DNA of 64,000 bases from an uncultured Bacilli bacterium (GTDB taxonomy: Bacteria; Bacillota_I; Bacilli_A; RF39; UBA660): the NCBI GenBank assembly GCA_947627385.1, contig CANQVV010000001.1:40865-104864 (forward strand). Reading direction: 5' to 3'. Numbering within the stretch: the first letter of the stretch is position 1; each line of letters begins with the position of its first letter. A program made the position numbers and the translations under genes. Shown piece by piece: positions 31,729-42,596 of this stretch. The notes beneath the pieces are model-generated. The model searched no databases and was not told the DNA's origin. It worked only from the letters and a program-made list of their open reading frames with translations.

Positions 31729-33817
31729 CTAATTCAAATACTTCAAGTGAATCATTTTCTTTAATATCATTAAAGTTTTCTAAGGTAATACCACATTCAA
31801 AACCTTTTTTCATTTCTTTAACAGAATCTTTACCTCTTTGTAAAGTAGCAATTTTATCCTCAGCAATAACAATGCCATCTCTAATTACTCTTACATTAGC
31901 ATTATTTTTAACAATACCATCAGTAACATAACAGCCAGCAATATTACCAATTTTAGAAAATTTAAAGATTTTACGTATTTCGACAGTACCAATTACTTTT
32001 TCTTCATATTCAGGATCAAGCATACCAGTAATAGCTTGTTCCATTTCTTCTACTAATTTATAGATAATAGTATAAAGACGAATATCAACATTATATTCTT
32101 TGGCTATTTCTTTCGTTATATTACTAGGAACTACATTAAAACCAATTATAATGGCATTTGAAGCATTAGCTAAAACAACATCTGATTCAGTTATTGTACC
32201 AATACCACTTCTGATAACTTTAACAACAACATCCCCAATTTGAATTTTTTGTAACGCATTTTTTACCGCTTCTTCACTACCACGAACATCACATTTTAAA
32301 ACCACATTAACTTCTTTTTGGCCTGATTCAATTTTCTTAAATAAATCATCTAAGGATACAACATCATTTTTATATTTAGAAGCTTTTTGATTTTTTCTCT
32401 TTTCCGCAATTTCTTTGGCTTTGGCCTCCGTTTCAAAAGCCATAAATTTGTCACCAGCTTCGGGATTATCTGAGATACCTGTAACTTCAACTGGAGTTGA
32501 TGGACCAGCTTCTACAATTGATTCACCTAAATCATTTTTCATAGTTCTAACTTTACCAAAATATTCTCCAACCACAATTGGATCACCTATTCTTAAAGTA
32601 CCATTTTGAATAATGAATGAAGCAATACCACCAATGTTTTTATCAACTTTTGATTCAATAACGGAACCAGTGGCATAACGATTAGGATTAGCTTTATAAT
32701 CATTAACTTCGGCAATTGTTTCAATAGTTTCTAAAAGCAAATCAACACCTTCGCCGGTATGAGCTGAAATATTAATAAATGGCGTATCACCACCCCATGC
32801 TTCTGGGGTTATTCCAGCCTCAGCCATTTCCGTTAAAATCTTTTCTGGATTAGCTTCTGGTTTATCAATTTTATTGACAGCAACAATTATTGGTACATTA
32901 GCACTTTTAGCATGATCAATAGCTTCTTTTGTTTGTGGCATTACACCATCATCAGCAGCAACAATAATAATTACAATATCAGTAACACTAGCTCCTCTTG
33001 CCCGCATTTCTGTAAAAGCAGCATGACCAGGAGTATCAATAAATGTAATTAAATTACCATTATGATTTATTTGGTAAGCTCCAATATGTTGTGTTATTCC
33101 TCCAAATTCTCCTTCAACAACATGAGAATGACGAATATAATCTAAAAGAGTTGTTTTACCATGATCAACATGGCCCATAATAGTAACAATTGGTGGCCTT
33201 TTAACTAAATCTTCTTCTTTATCAATTATTTCAAATTCTTCAAAATTAGCTAAATCTTGGGTTTCTTCTTTCTTTAAAGTTTTATGATAATCAAGAACTA
33301 CTATTTCAGCATTTTCAAAATCAATTGAATCATTTAAACCAAGCATTAAACCAAGAGACATTAATTTTTTTATTATATCAGTACCACTAACATTTAAATT
33401 ATCAGCTAGTTCTTTAACACTCATTCCTTGTTTATATAAAACAATATCTTCATTAGCATTAGAATTACTCATTAATTTTTCTTTATGCTTATACATCTCT
33501 TTTTTCAATATTTGATAACTTTCTTTATTATCTTGAATATTGTCTTTTTTCTTCAATTTTTGTTTTTTAGAAGTAGTTGTTTCTGTAATATTATTACTTT
33601 CCATAATATCTCTGGCAATATTTTCAACTAACTCATCTTCATCATAAGTAATTTCTTCATCAGTACTAATTAAATTCAAAGTATTATCTAACATAATAAT
33701 ATCATCATCAACTAATTCATAATCTCCATTAGAAGCATTAATTCCTAGTTCTTTACACTTTTTTAAAACTTCGGCAACTGATAAATTAATATCTTGGGCA
33801 TATTCTTTAACAGTCAT
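31709..33817 (-). CDS. infB: translation initiation factor IF-2
   Basis: G-domain GHVDHGKTTLLD, DTPGH, NKID. Confidence 0.95.
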   Translation of the reverse strand: MTVKEYAQDINLSVAEVLKKCKELGINASNGDYELVDDDIIMLDNTLNLISTDEEITYDEDELVENIARDIMESNNITETTTSKKQKLKKKDNIQDNKESYQILKKEMYKHKEKLMSNSNANEDIVLYKQGMSVKELADNLNVSGTDIIKKLMSLGLMLGLNDSIDFENAEIVVLDYHKTLKKEETQDLANFEEFEIIDKEEDLVKRPPIVTIMGHVDHGKTTLLDYIRHSHVVEGEFGGITQHIGAYQINHNGNLITFIDTPGHAAFTEMRARGASVTDIVIIIVAADDGVMPQTKEAIDHAKSANVPIIVAVNKIDKPEANPEKILTEMAEAGITPEAWGGDTPFINISAHTGEGVDLLLETIETIAEVNDYKANPNRYATGSVIESKVDKNIGGIASFIIQNGTLRIGDPIVVGEYFGKVRTMKNDLGESIVEAGPSTPVEVTGISDNPEAGDKFMAFETEAKAKEIAEKRKNQKASKYKNDVVSLDDLFKKIESGQKEVNVVLKCDVRGSEEAVKNALQKIQIGDVVVKVIRSGIGTITESDVVLANASNAIIIGFNVVPSNITKEIAKEYNVDIRLYTIIYKLVEEMEQAITGMLDPEYEEKVIGTVEIRKIFKFSKIGNIAGCYVTDGIVKNNANVRVIRDGIVIAEDKIATLQRGKDSVKEMKKGFECGITLENFNDIKENDSLEVFELVEVKHA

Positions 33818-33832
33818 CTTTAATCTCCTCTC

Positions 33833-34093
33833 TTATTTTAATAAATCATTTAATTCATTATATAAATCATCATTTATTTTTATTTCTAAAATTCTTTCTA
33901 AAATTCCACTTTTCTTAGCTTTTTCAAAAACTAATGAATCTTTTTTTAAATAAGCACCCCGTCCATTTTTTTTACCGGTTAAATCAATTTCCACATTACC
34001 TTCGGGAGTTCTTACAATTCTAACTAAATCTTTTTTCTCACATTTTTCTTTGGTTACTACGCAAGTTCGCATAGGTATTTTTCTCTGTTTCAT
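33833..34093 (-). CDS. ylxR: YlxR/DUF448 RNA-binding protein
   Basis: PMRTCVVTKEK motif between nusA and infB. No L7Ae (ylxQ) gene here. Confidence 0.8.
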   Translation of the reverse strand: MKQRKIPMRTCVVTKEKCEKKDLVRIVRTPEGNVEIDLTGKKNGRGAYLKKDSLVFEKAKKSGILERILEIKINDDLYNELNDLLK

Positions 34094-34098
34094 TAAAA

Positions 34099-35214
34099 TT
34101 ACTCCTTATTTCCTTCTTCATTTATTTGTGATAAGGTTTTAATTTCAATTTTATATTTAGTAAGTTTACTTGCAAGTCTAATATTACTTCCTTTCTTACC
34201 AATTGCTAAACTTAAATTATCATCAGTAACAATTGCAAGAGCTTCTTTTTTAACTTCATCAGTAATATTAACTATAACATTTTTAGCAGGTGACAGAGCA
34301 TTAGCAATAAATTTAGTTGGATCTTCATCATACAAAACTAAATCAACCCGTTCACCATTTAATTCTTTTAAAATGTTGCCAATTCGACTTCCACGTTCAC
34401 CAATACAAGCTCCGATAGCATCAATTCGCTCATTTGTTGAATAAACAGCTACTTTACTTCTATTGCCAGCATCTCTGGCTACGCCATATAAAATTATTGA
34501 ACCATCTTGTAATTCCGGAATTTCAACTTCAAATAATCTTTTAACAAAACCGTAATGTTTTCTTGATGTTAAAATGACTGGACCCTTAGCACCATTTTCA
34601 ACTTTGGTAATATAAACGCGAATATTAGAACCCATTTGAATTGTTTCACCAGGTATAATTTCTGATTTAGGAAGTATTCCTCTGGTTCTACCTAAATCAA
34701 TATAATAATTCTTTTGATCTTCCATTGCTACTAAACCAAGCATAAGTTCAAATTCTTTATCTTGAAATTCCTCAATTATACTAGCTTTTTCAGCTTCACG
34801 AATTTTTTGAGTAACTACTTGTTTAGCAGTACCTGCTGCTACACGGCCAAAATCTTTGGGAGTTACTTCTTTTTCAATAGTATCTCCTATCTTAGCCGAA
34901 GGATCTATTTTTTGGGCATCTTCAAGTAATATTTGTGCATCAATATTTATCTCTGGTGGAATATCAACAATATTTCCTTCTTCATCAGTTGTTTCACTAC
35001 CTTCATCTATTTCTGGTACAACAACTAAATAAGAAAATACTTTAATTTCACCAGTTTCTCTATTAATATCTACTCTAACATTAGTTTTACTATCAAAATT
35101 TTTCTTATAAGCTGTTTGAAGTGCTAACGTCATTGCATCAAACACAACATCTTCGCTAATATTTTTTTCTTTTACAATTGCATTAAGTGCTTTAATAAAT
35201 GCTTTACTATCCAT
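34099..35214 (-). CDS. nusA: transcription termination/antitermination factor NusA
   Basis: S1 domain plus two KH domains. 371 aa. Confidence 0.95.
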   Translation of the reverse strand: MDSKAFIKALNAIVKEKNISEDVVFDAMTLALQTAYKKNFDSKTNVRVDINRETGEIKVFSYLVVVPEIDEGSETTDEEGNIVDIPPEINIDAQILLEDAQKIDPSAKIGDTIEKEVTPKDFGRVAAGTAKQVVTQKIREAEKASIIEEFQDKEFELMLGLVAMEDQKNYYIDLGRTRGILPKSEIIPGETIQMGSNIRVYITKVENGAKGPVILTSRKHYGFVKRLFEVEIPELQDGSIILYGVARDAGNRSKVAVYSTNERIDAIGACIGERGSRIGNILKELNGERVDLVLYDEDPTKFIANALSPAKNVIVNITDEVKKEALAIVTDDNLSLAIGKKGSNIRLASKLTKYKIEIKTLSQINEEGNKE

Positions 35215-35217
35215 TTT

Positions 35218-35472
35218 CTAACCTCTTTCCTTGCTAATTACATCTAAAATGTATTCACTATCACAAATATCATACTTATCAACTATGGGATTAATTATAT
35301 GTGTGGCCTCGACTATACCATCTAAATCTATACCACCAACTTTATCCAAAACAACAGTTAAAAACTGATATTTCCCCTTTTTTTCAATAAATATATCATC
35401 GACTATAATATTTTTTGGCTCTAACACTTGAACCAACTTCTCTCTTAACTTTTCTACGCTTTCCATACTCAC
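35218..35472 (-). CDS. rimP: ribosome maturation factor RimP (short, N-domain only)
   Basis: 84 aa directly upstream of nusA. Resembles the RimP N-domain. Confidence 0.6.
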   Translation of the reverse strand: MSMESVEKLREKLVQVLEPKNIIVDDIFIEKKGKYQFLTVVLDKVGGIDLDGIVEATHIINPIVDKYDICDSEYILDVISKERG

Positions 35473-35672
35473 CTCAAACTATAAATAAAAGCAGGATTTT
35501 TGTCCCACTTAAATTGCAAATTAATTATATCAAATTTATTTTTAATAAACAAGTTTTTTATTTAAATTTCTAATTTATAAGTAGTAATAAATAATTCTTT
35601 ATTAGTTATATATTCTATAACATACACATATATAATGTACTTAGAGGTGTTTTTCCTTTTTATTTTATTTTT

Positions 35673-36182
35673 TTATTTAACAAAGCCATTTTGGACTAAT
35701 TTAGTTTCATTAACAACTAGAAAAGCATTTTTATCATATTGTCTAATTAATTTAGTTAATTCTTTTAATTTTCGATTACTAACTTGAATATATAACATAT
35801 CTTTATTTTTACCATCATAATCATTTTTAAGTTCAATAACAGAAACCCCATATCCTTTTTTACGAAGTTTATTAATTAATTTATCATATCCTTCTTCTAT
35901 AATTACTTGCACTCCTACTATTCCTTTTATAAGTTTATTAGATAAATATGAACCAATAAAAGTTCCTGTTGCATATCCCCCAGCATAAGATACAGCAATA
36001 TAAAAAGTATTGCCTACGGTATTAAGAGCTTCCTTGGCTACTAAATACCAAATCAATACTTCAAAAAACGCAATTACGAAAGGTTCAATAACTTTTCCTT
36101 TTACAAAAAATACAGTTCTTAATGTTCCTAATGTTACATCAATTATTCGGGCGGTAAATATTTTTAAACAAGTAAGTAACAT
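35673..36182 (-). CDS. DUF2179/UPF0316 family membrane protein
   Basis: N-terminal TM pair plus C-terminal soluble domain, typical of this family. Confidence 0.6.
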   Translation of the reverse strand: MLLTCLKIFTARIIDVTLGTLRTVFFVKGKVIEPFVIAFFEVLIWYLVAKEALNTVGNTFYIAVSYAGGYATGTFIGSYLSNKLIKGIVGVQVIIEEGYDKLINKLRKKGYGVSVIELKNDYDGKNKDMLYIQVSNRKLKELTKLIRQYDKNAFLVVNETKLVQNGFVK

Positions 36183-36197
36183 TAGAAATCCTCCTTC

Positions 36198-36413
36198 TTA
36201 ATTTGTAAAGACAAGTATTAAGATTAGAAGTATAAAGAATAAGGCAAAACCTAGAACAAAGCCCCACATTACAGCATCTTTGGGTTCTTCTCTTTTTTCT
36301 ATTTTTTCAGCATCATTATTGTACATAGCACTTTTTAATTTTACTTCTTTTTTCTTTTCTTTATTATCTTCTACTAAATCGTCTTTTTTTAAGCCTTCAA
36401 ATTTATTCTTCAT
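36198..36413 (-). CDS. small membrane protein (71 aa)
   Basis: Lys/Glu-rich N-terminus with a C-terminal TM. Confidence 0.35.
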   Translation of the reverse strand: MKNKFEGLKKDDLVEDNKEKKKEVKLKSAMYNNDAEKIEKREEPKDAVMWGFVLGFALFFILLILILVFTN

Positions 36414-36535
36414 TATATATTTTCCTACTTTCTAATAAAATTATACCAAAAATTATTAATAAATAACTAGTTTTATTTTTAATTGACAATTATTATACAT
36501 TTAAAAAATTACTTTACATTTTTTAAATAAGTGAT

Positions 36536-37267
36536 ATGATTAAAAAAGCTAGAAAGGATTTATTATTGATGCACCAAGATAAAACACAAAAATTATATAT
36601 TGCTATTGATGACTCAGGTATTATTACTAATAAAGAAAAATATGCCATCTATGGTGGAATTATATTATTTAGTGAAAAACAATTAAATAATTTTATAATT
36701 AAATATAAAAATATTATAAAAAAAATAAAATATAAATCTTATTATCACTCTAATCAAGAATTAAAACATAGTAATTTAAAAAATACTGATGTTATTAAAA
36801 TAATGCATTACTTAAATAATTTTGAATTAATTGCTTGTATAGTAGATAATTCTAAAATATATAAAAGCATTTTAAATAAGCCTAAATCCAAAGGAAGATT
36901 TATTGACTATGCTATTAAAATGCTTATTAAAAATAGTATAAAAGATTTAATAAAGAATAAAAAATTAAACCCTAATCAAAATTTAGAAATATATTTATAT
37001 GTTGATGAAACTAGTTATAAAAGTAATGGCTATTATAATTTAGAAGAAAGTATTTATGAAGAACTTAAATATGGTATTCATAATATTAAAGATAATAACA
37101 ATTTTAAAAATATAATTAATGGTAATTTAAAAGTTTTTTTAAGTTATGAAATATCAAAGAAAAATTATTTTGTGCAAGCCGCTGATATTATTGCCGGACA
37201 TACTAGAAAACAAATGCTGCAAAATAAAAAAATGAGCTTTTTAAAGCATCAAATTTTTTTACCTTAA
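36536..37267 (+). CDS. DUF3800 family protein
   Basis: N-terminal LYIAIDDSG and C-terminal VQAADIIAGH, the hallmark motifs of DUF3800. Confidence 0.6.
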   Translation: MIKKARKDLLLMHQDKTQKLYIAIDDSGIITNKEKYAIYGGIILFSEKQLNNFIIKYKNIIKKIKYKSYYHSNQELKHSNLKNTDVIKIMHYLNNFELIACIVDNSKIYKSILNKPKSKGRFIDYAIKMLIKNSIKDLIKNKKLNPNQNLEIYLYVDETSYKSNGYYNLEESIYEELKYGIHNIKDNNNFKNIINGNLKVFLSYEISKKNYFVQAADIIAGHTRKQMLQNKKMSFLKHQIFLP

Positions 37268-38278
37268 TTAAATGTAGATTTCCCATAAATTTTTTATTTG
37301 ACTTTTTATACGATCAAATTCCCATAATATACTACTACGTTCTTTACTATTAGGATCATTTACTTTAAATTTACCATCTTCTACTTTGGCAATGACAATA
37401 TAATGACCATTAATAGTAAAATCACCTTTACGCAAATTACAAATAATATAATGATTATTATTTAAAGCATTTTTCATACTACTTTCAGATAACGGCAGTT
37501 CATTTACTTTTAAACCATAATCTTTGGCTCCTTCTCTAATTAAATCCCAAGTAGTACCTGAATTTTCCACATAATAACCTTTTTCCTCAGCTAATTTTGC
37601 TACTTCATAAGGAGTAATTGAATTATCTTTTTTTAAAGCCGCAATAACCATAGCTAAGGAAGTAGGGCCACAACCACTTATTGCAATATTACTTGTTCCA
37701 TAATCACCATAACCCCATCTTTCATCCCATTGAAATAACTCAGGAATTTTTTCACTAAAAGAACCGATATTATCACTATAAACTTTTCCTTTTTTATTAG
37801 GATAATCCAGAACAAAAGAAGTAAGTTCTCTATTCATCGATAATGACATTAATAATTTCTCCGGATATTCATCATAATTATTAATTATTTGATTAATTCG
37901 TTTATCTAATTTACTAAATTCTTTTAATCTTTTTAATATAAATGGTTTTACATCTTTATTTTCATCTTTATTACTAAAAAATTCTTCATCATAATATCTT
38001 AATACAGAAACATCATCATAACTTTTAGGAGTATTATCTTCAATTTCTTCATCATTATTATTTATTTCTTCATCATTATTTATTTCAGGTTCATTTACTT
38101 TTTCATTATTATTTACTTTCTTATCAAAAATAGATTTTATAACAAAAAAACTACCAAATACTAATAATAAAATAACTATAATTTTAACAATATTATTTAT
38201 TTTTTTCTTTTTTCTTTTCATATTTTTCTCCATTAAATAAAATGGCGTCCCCGAGAAGATTTGAACTTCCGACCCCAC
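37268..38278 (-). CDS. membrane-anchored peptidase C39-like domain protein (YvpB/BtrH-like)
   Basis: N-terminal TM, acidic linker, then GCGPTSLAMVIAAL (Cys-containing C39-like motif). Confidence 0.55.
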   Translation of the reverse strand: MGSEVQIFSGTPFYLMEKNMKRKKKKINNIVKIIVILLLVFGSFFVIKSIFDKKVNNNEKVNEPEINNDEEINNNDEEIEDNTPKSYDDVSVLRYYDEEFFSNKDENKDVKPFILKRLKEFSKLDKRINQIINNYDEYPEKLLMSLSMNRELTSFVLDYPNKKGKVYSDNIGSFSEKIPELFQWDERWGYGDYGTSNIAISGCGPTSLAMVIAALKKDNSITPYEVAKLAEEKGYYVENSGTTWDLIREGAKDYGLKVNELPLSESSMKNALNNNHYIICNLRKGDFTINGHYIVIAKVEDGKFKVNDPNSKERSSILWEFDRIKSQIKNLWEIYI

Positions 38279-38319
38279 GCTTAGGAGGCGTGTGCTCTAT
38301 CCAGCTGAGCTACGAGGAC
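38243..38319 (-). tRNA. tRNA-Arg (anticodon CCT)
   Basis: 77 nt. Anticodon loop CTCCTAA. Encoded CCA. Confidence 0.9.
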
Positions 38320-38382
38320 ACACTTTTATTTTACTAAACTATCATTTACTATTCAATAGACTTTAATTTATTATTGACAATA

Positions 38383-39873
38383 TTATAAATGATAATATTT
38401 AATAGCATTTTTATCATCATTAATAATGATTTCTGTAAAATCATTGCCAAATCTTATTTCATTCGTTTTAAAAAAGCTATTATAAATAATATTATCTTTA
38501 AACATAAGTATAGTTGTTTCTATAATTTGTGGTAACATATCATTAGGAATCAATTCTTGAATATTGCAATTAATTCCTTTAATCATATATACTTTACCAT
38601 CAAATCCAAGACATTTTGTATACTCCTTTTCATAACCTGAAATAATAAAACTACCAGTTATACTTTTTTTAAAATTATTTATTATATCTAATTCCTCTTT
38701 ATTAAATTTATTAGGATTGATTTGAATAAATTCATCAATTATTTCATCTTTATGTTGCCATAAATAATCATCTATTACGTATAAATCCATTGGATTAAGT
38801 TCATTTTGTTTATAAATTTTTTTTATATTAGAAAGATGTTTTTTATTGTTAATATATTCTAATAGAGCAAAATATAATTTATAAAACAACTTAGCATCAG
38901 CAGTACTTAAACAAGCATTATCTTGTTCAATTTTAAAATTTTTTCGTAAATCAAGTGCTTTCTTTACTTCTTTTTTATAGTTTTTAGGCGTATATCCATT
39001 TAATACTCCACTTGGCGTCTCATCTAAGGCTTCTTTAATAATTTCTATTAATTTATCATCTTTAATAAATAAGTTTAAATGATCATAATCATAAAGTAAT
39101 CTAGCATCATCAATAACCTGAAAATAAAAAGTTTTTAATTTTAAATTACTCACTTCATCATACATTTTTTTAACCTTAATGTTTCTAATTGGAAAACCAT
39201 AATAAAATATATCATAATAGTCTCTTATATCAAATTTAAAGTTACCAGCTATTCCCAGTTCTTTTCTTCTGCTAAAAATTTCATCTAATTCATCCCAATA
39301 ATTTCGATAAAATAACTCTTCTTCCTCTTCATTATGGATATAAATATAATGATAATCTACATAAAAATGAAATAACGGATGTGCTAAATAAGCATTATAA
39401 GTTTTTTCATCCAATTTAAATATACCATTTAACATAGAATAAAAAGCTTTACTTAATAAAGTACCATTTATTTTAATAACACTAACCATAAAAGTAACTA
39501 ATTCATCATCACTTTTTTTACTTCTTTTATTAAATAATTTTAATGCTTTATCAACATTATCTATTTGTTCTTCAAAAATACTATATGTTACTTTACTAAA
39601 AATAAACTTTTTATGAAGTTCATCTATTTCCCATTCATATTTTTTTATATCATTTCTAGTTAATTTGTTATTTCTATTATATTTTAAAAATAGTAATTCT
39701 TTTTCTGTACAAATATGATATAAATAATCTTCTTGGCTATATTCCTTAATAATACTATCTAACATTTTAATTCTAGTTATATTATCATAATCTTTAATAT
39801 TGTATACAATTGCCATATAAGCATCATATATTATATCCTTAGGTAATTTTTTATATTCTTCTTTTAATTTCAT
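38383..39873 (-). CDS. hypothetical protein (496 aa)
   Basis: Large soluble ORF with no recognisable domain. Confidence 0.4.
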   Translation of the reverse strand: MKLKEEYKKLPKDIIYDAYMAIVYNIKDYDNITRIKMLDSIIKEYSQEDYLYHICTEKELLFLKYNRNNKLTRNDIKKYEWEIDELHKKFIFSKVTYSIFEEQIDNVDKALKLFNKRSKKSDDELVTFMVSVIKINGTLLSKAFYSMLNGIFKLDEKTYNAYLAHPLFHFYVDYHYIYIHNEEEEELFYRNYWDELDEIFSRRKELGIAGNFKFDIRDYYDIFYYGFPIRNIKVKKMYDEVSNLKLKTFYFQVIDDARLLYDYDHLNLFIKDDKLIEIIKEALDETPSGVLNGYTPKNYKKEVKKALDLRKNFKIEQDNACLSTADAKLFYKLYFALLEYINNKKHLSNIKKIYKQNELNPMDLYVIDDYLWQHKDEIIDEFIQINPNKFNKEELDIINNFKKSITGSFIISGYEKEYTKCLGFDGKVYMIKGINCNIQELIPNDMLPQIIETTILMFKDNIIYNSFFKTNEIRFGNDFTEIIINDDKNAIKYYHL

Positions 39874-40123
39874 TTACTTCAAAAAGTCCCTTTCTTACCT
39901 ACATTATATTATATAATTATCATATACACAATCAAAAATTATTCTTTACAATTATTCAGCATTAAAATTTTTGATTGATTATTTTACGTTTTTAGAATAT
40001 ACTAAATTTATAGGAAATGTATTTTCACATTGCCTTATGTTTTTGACTGATGCTAACGAATTATTAGATATTCTATTAATTCGCAGCATCTTTTTTTACT
40101 AATATACATATTTTTGTTATCAT

Positions 40124-40150
40124 TTTTTGACATATAAAAAGCAAGCATTT
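40124..40150 (-). terminator. rho-independent terminator of the spoVA operon
   Basis: AAGCAAGCA-TTT-TGCTTGCTT hairpin followed by a T-rich run on the minus strand, directly after the spoVAEb stop. Confidence 0.6.
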
Positions 40151-40156
40151 GCTTGC

Positions 40157-40504
40157 TTAATCTTTTGCTTTAAAAATAAGTGTAAAGATAAAAGAAAATA
40201 CAACCACAGTTACAATTGCTATTCCTGATGAACATAATAATTTAGAAAACAATCCTAAAATACCGCCTTCTTCAAATCCAGCTAAACCAGATTGGTAAAG
40301 CATATGACCAAAATTAGCAATTAATGCTGTGGCCCCAGCACCAGCCCAAGCAACAATTTTATCATAGATACCTAAAAATGATAAAAAAGCTCCGATAACA
40401 GTAACACTACTTGTTATATGTCCTGGTGTTAGTTTAGTATTATCTAGTACTATTTGGCAAATAAGACAAACTAAGCCAGCAAAAATAAAGGCTTGAAAAT
40501 ACAT
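40157..40504 (-). CDS. spoVAEb: stage V sporulation protein AEb
   Basis: 115 aa membrane protein paralogous to SpoVAC. Third gene of the spoVAC-D-Eb triad. Confidence 0.85.
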   Translation of the reverse strand: MYFQAFIFAGLVCLICQIVLDNTKLTPGHITSSVTVIGAFLSFLGIYDKIVAWAGAGATALIANFGHMLYQSGLAGFEEGGILGLFSKLLCSSGIAIVTVVVFSFIFTLIFKAKD

Positions 40505-41478
40505 TATACTACCTCCAAACTAACGGCATGAGCAATTGCCGGAATAGGACTTTTTTGATTTACAAAGGTTGGACTATGTAAAGCACCAGTTCCAATAATT
40601 AAGATTTTTTTATATTTTCCAGAAGGAATAATTTTATTAAATAGAACTAATGGCAAACAAGCCGGACCTGAGCCACCCGAATAGGTGTCTTGACTTTTTA
40701 GATATAATTCACATCCAGCATCTAGATGATTTTTTATTTTTAAATTATATCTTCGATTTAAATATTCTTTAAAAATACTGCCACCAACACAACCAAGATC
40801 ACCAGTTAATATCAAATCATAATAATCAAGATTTCTTTTTAAATCCATTAAGTGTTCATATAAAGTGTTAGCAGCAGCCGGAGCCATTACTGCTCCAAGA
40901 TTATTAGCATCTTTAATCCCCATTTCACAAACTTTACCAATGGTAGCTGATTCAATTTTTATTCTTCCTTCTTCTTTTGATAAAAGAGTACTTATACCTG
41001 CTGTTGCTGTAAATGTAGAGGTATGTGGTTTGGGAGAGCCATATTCAATCGGATAACGAAATTGTCTTTCAGCACTTAAATTATGACTACTAGTAACTCC
41101 TAAAACTTTTTTGATATCACGATTATTTAAAAACATACCACCTACAATTAAACTTTCTGGAAAAGTTGCACAAGCACTATATATTCCTAAAAGAGAGATG
41201 GGAATATTATTACAAGCATAACTTGTAGCTGAAATTTGATTAAGTAAATCACCACCAACGATTAAACTAATTTCATCATATTTAAGACGATTTCTGTCTA
41301 ATAAACGATTCATTACTACGTATTGCATTTTTACCTCAGCTTTTTCAAATGTTTTTTCACCATAATAGTAATCATCCATTTTTAAATCAATTTTTTTAAG
41401 TTTACTATTACTTTCCAAAGGCCCGGATAAAGTTAACCAATCATTAATGTATATATTATTAAATTTAACACTAGACAT
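40504..41478 (-). CDS. spoVAD: stage V sporulation protein AD
   Basis: 324 aa thiolase-fold protein. Conserved position. Confidence 0.85.
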   Translation of the reverse strand: MSSVKFNNIYINDWLTLSGPLESNSKLKKIDLKMDDYYYGEKTFEKAEVKMQYVVMNRLLDRNRLKYDEISLIVGGDLLNQISATSYACNNIPISLLGIYSACATFPESLIVGGMFLNNRDIKKVLGVTSSHNLSAERQFRYPIEYGSPKPHTSTFTATAGISTLLSKEEGRIKIESATIGKVCEMGIKDANNLGAVMAPAAANTLYEHLMDLKRNLDYYDLILTGDLGCVGGSIFKEYLNRRYNLKIKNHLDAGCELYLKSQDTYSGGSGPACLPLVLFNKIIPSGKYKKILIIGTGALHSPTFVNQKSPIPAIAHAVSLEVV

Positions 41479-41920
41479 AAAAAGCCACCTTTAACAAAAT
41501 TAGAAAGAAAGCACTAATAATACCATAAACAATAACCGAACCAGCTAATTTAAAAAGATTAGCGCCAATACCAGTAACTAAGCCATCACGTTTATAATCA
41601 ATCGCTGCACTTTGAACACTATGAGCAAAGCCAGTTGTAGGAATTATAAGCCCACATTTAGCCTTAGATACCCAATTGTCAAACTTACCAATTGCAGTCA
41701 TAAATGATGCAAAAAGGATTAGAATAAATGCAAGCCACGAACAAGAGTCAACCCGTGATAAACCAAATGACTCCATTAAAATATTTACGATGACTTCACC
41801 AATAAAACCAACCAAGCCACCGACTAAAAAAGCAACGATGGCATTTCTTAATTTAGGTTCTTTTGGTGACATTTCTTTAACTAATTTTTGATATTCTTCT
41901 TTATTCATATCTTTCACCAT
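41471..41920 (-). CDS. spoVAC: stage V sporulation protein AC
   Basis: 149 aa four-TM protein. First gene of the triad, downstream of sigF. Confidence 0.85.
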   Translation of the reverse strand: MVKDMNKEEYQKLVKEMSPKEPKLRNAIVAFLVGGLVGFIGEVIVNILMESFGLSRVDSCSWLAFILILFASFMTAIGKFDNWVSKAKCGLIIPTTGFAHSVQSAAIDYKRDGLVTGIGANLFKLAGSVIVYGIISAFFLILLKVAFYV

Positions 41921-41953
41921 TTTTATTATGATAAAAAATAAAAATAATTATAC

Positions 41954-42592
41954 TTACATTTGTAAATATTCTCGCATTTTAGATATTCCCTTTTTTTCAT
42001 ATCTAGATACCATTACTTGGGTCATATTAAGTTTTTTGGCAACTTCACTTTGAGTTAAATCTTCAAAATATCTCGATTTAATAATATCTTTTTCTGACTG
42101 ATTTAAAACTTTAAAACTATCATAAATTAATATTTTAGTATCAAAATCAATATCTGTACCTATGCATTCATAAGCACATCGTTCATCTTCACTATTACTA
42201 TCCAAAGATAAAATACTATCGGCACAACCACAAGCCATTTCTATTTCATCAAGTGGTAAACCTAAAAATTCAGCCATTTCTAAATTTGTAGGTATTTTAT
42301 TTAATCTTTGGGCTAAAATATATCTAGCTTGTTCTATTTTTTTATATAATCTTAGTATGTCTTTACTTATTTTTAAATTTTTATTACTAGCTAATAGATA
42401 CATTTCTCCAAAAATATAATCATGAGCATAAGTAGAAAATTTAGTATTACTATTTTTTTGATACTTTTTTAATGCTTTAAGTAACCCTACTACTCCGGCT
42501 TGATATAAGTCATTTTTATCAATACCATAAAAATGACTTGCTATCTTCCAAATCATTTTTTCATTATCTTTTAATATCTGTTCATAGTTCAC
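41954..42592 (-). CDS. sigF: sporulation sigma factor SigF-like (compact, 212 aa)
   Basis: Sigma-70 regions 2 and 4 (TQVMVSRYEKKGISKMR). Sits between spoIIAA and spoVAC, as sigF does in Clostridia. Confidence 0.75.
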   Translation of the reverse strand: MNYEQILKDNEKMIWKIASHFYGIDKNDLYQAGVVGLLKALKKYQKNSNTKFSTYAHDYIFGEMYLLASNKNLKISKDILRLYKKIEQARYILAQRLNKIPTNLEMAEFLGLPLDEIEMACGCADSILSLDSNSEDERCAYECIGTDIDFDTKILIYDSFKVLNQSEKDIIKSRYFEDLTQSEVAKKLNMTQVMVSRYEKKGISKMREYLQM

Positions 42593-42596
42593 CCTT

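Noticed and set aside
35473-35672. 200-bp AT-rich gap upstream of rimP-nusA checked for ncRNA
   Set aside because: No conserved structure or motif recognised. Likely just a promoter region.
40049-40097. Imperfect inverted repeat GATGCTAACGAATTA...TAATTCG-C-AGCATC plus T7, considered as a terminator feature
   Set aside because: It is oriented as a plus-strand terminator, but no plus-strand gene ends here, and both flanking genes are on the minus strand. Kept only as an observation within the island finding.
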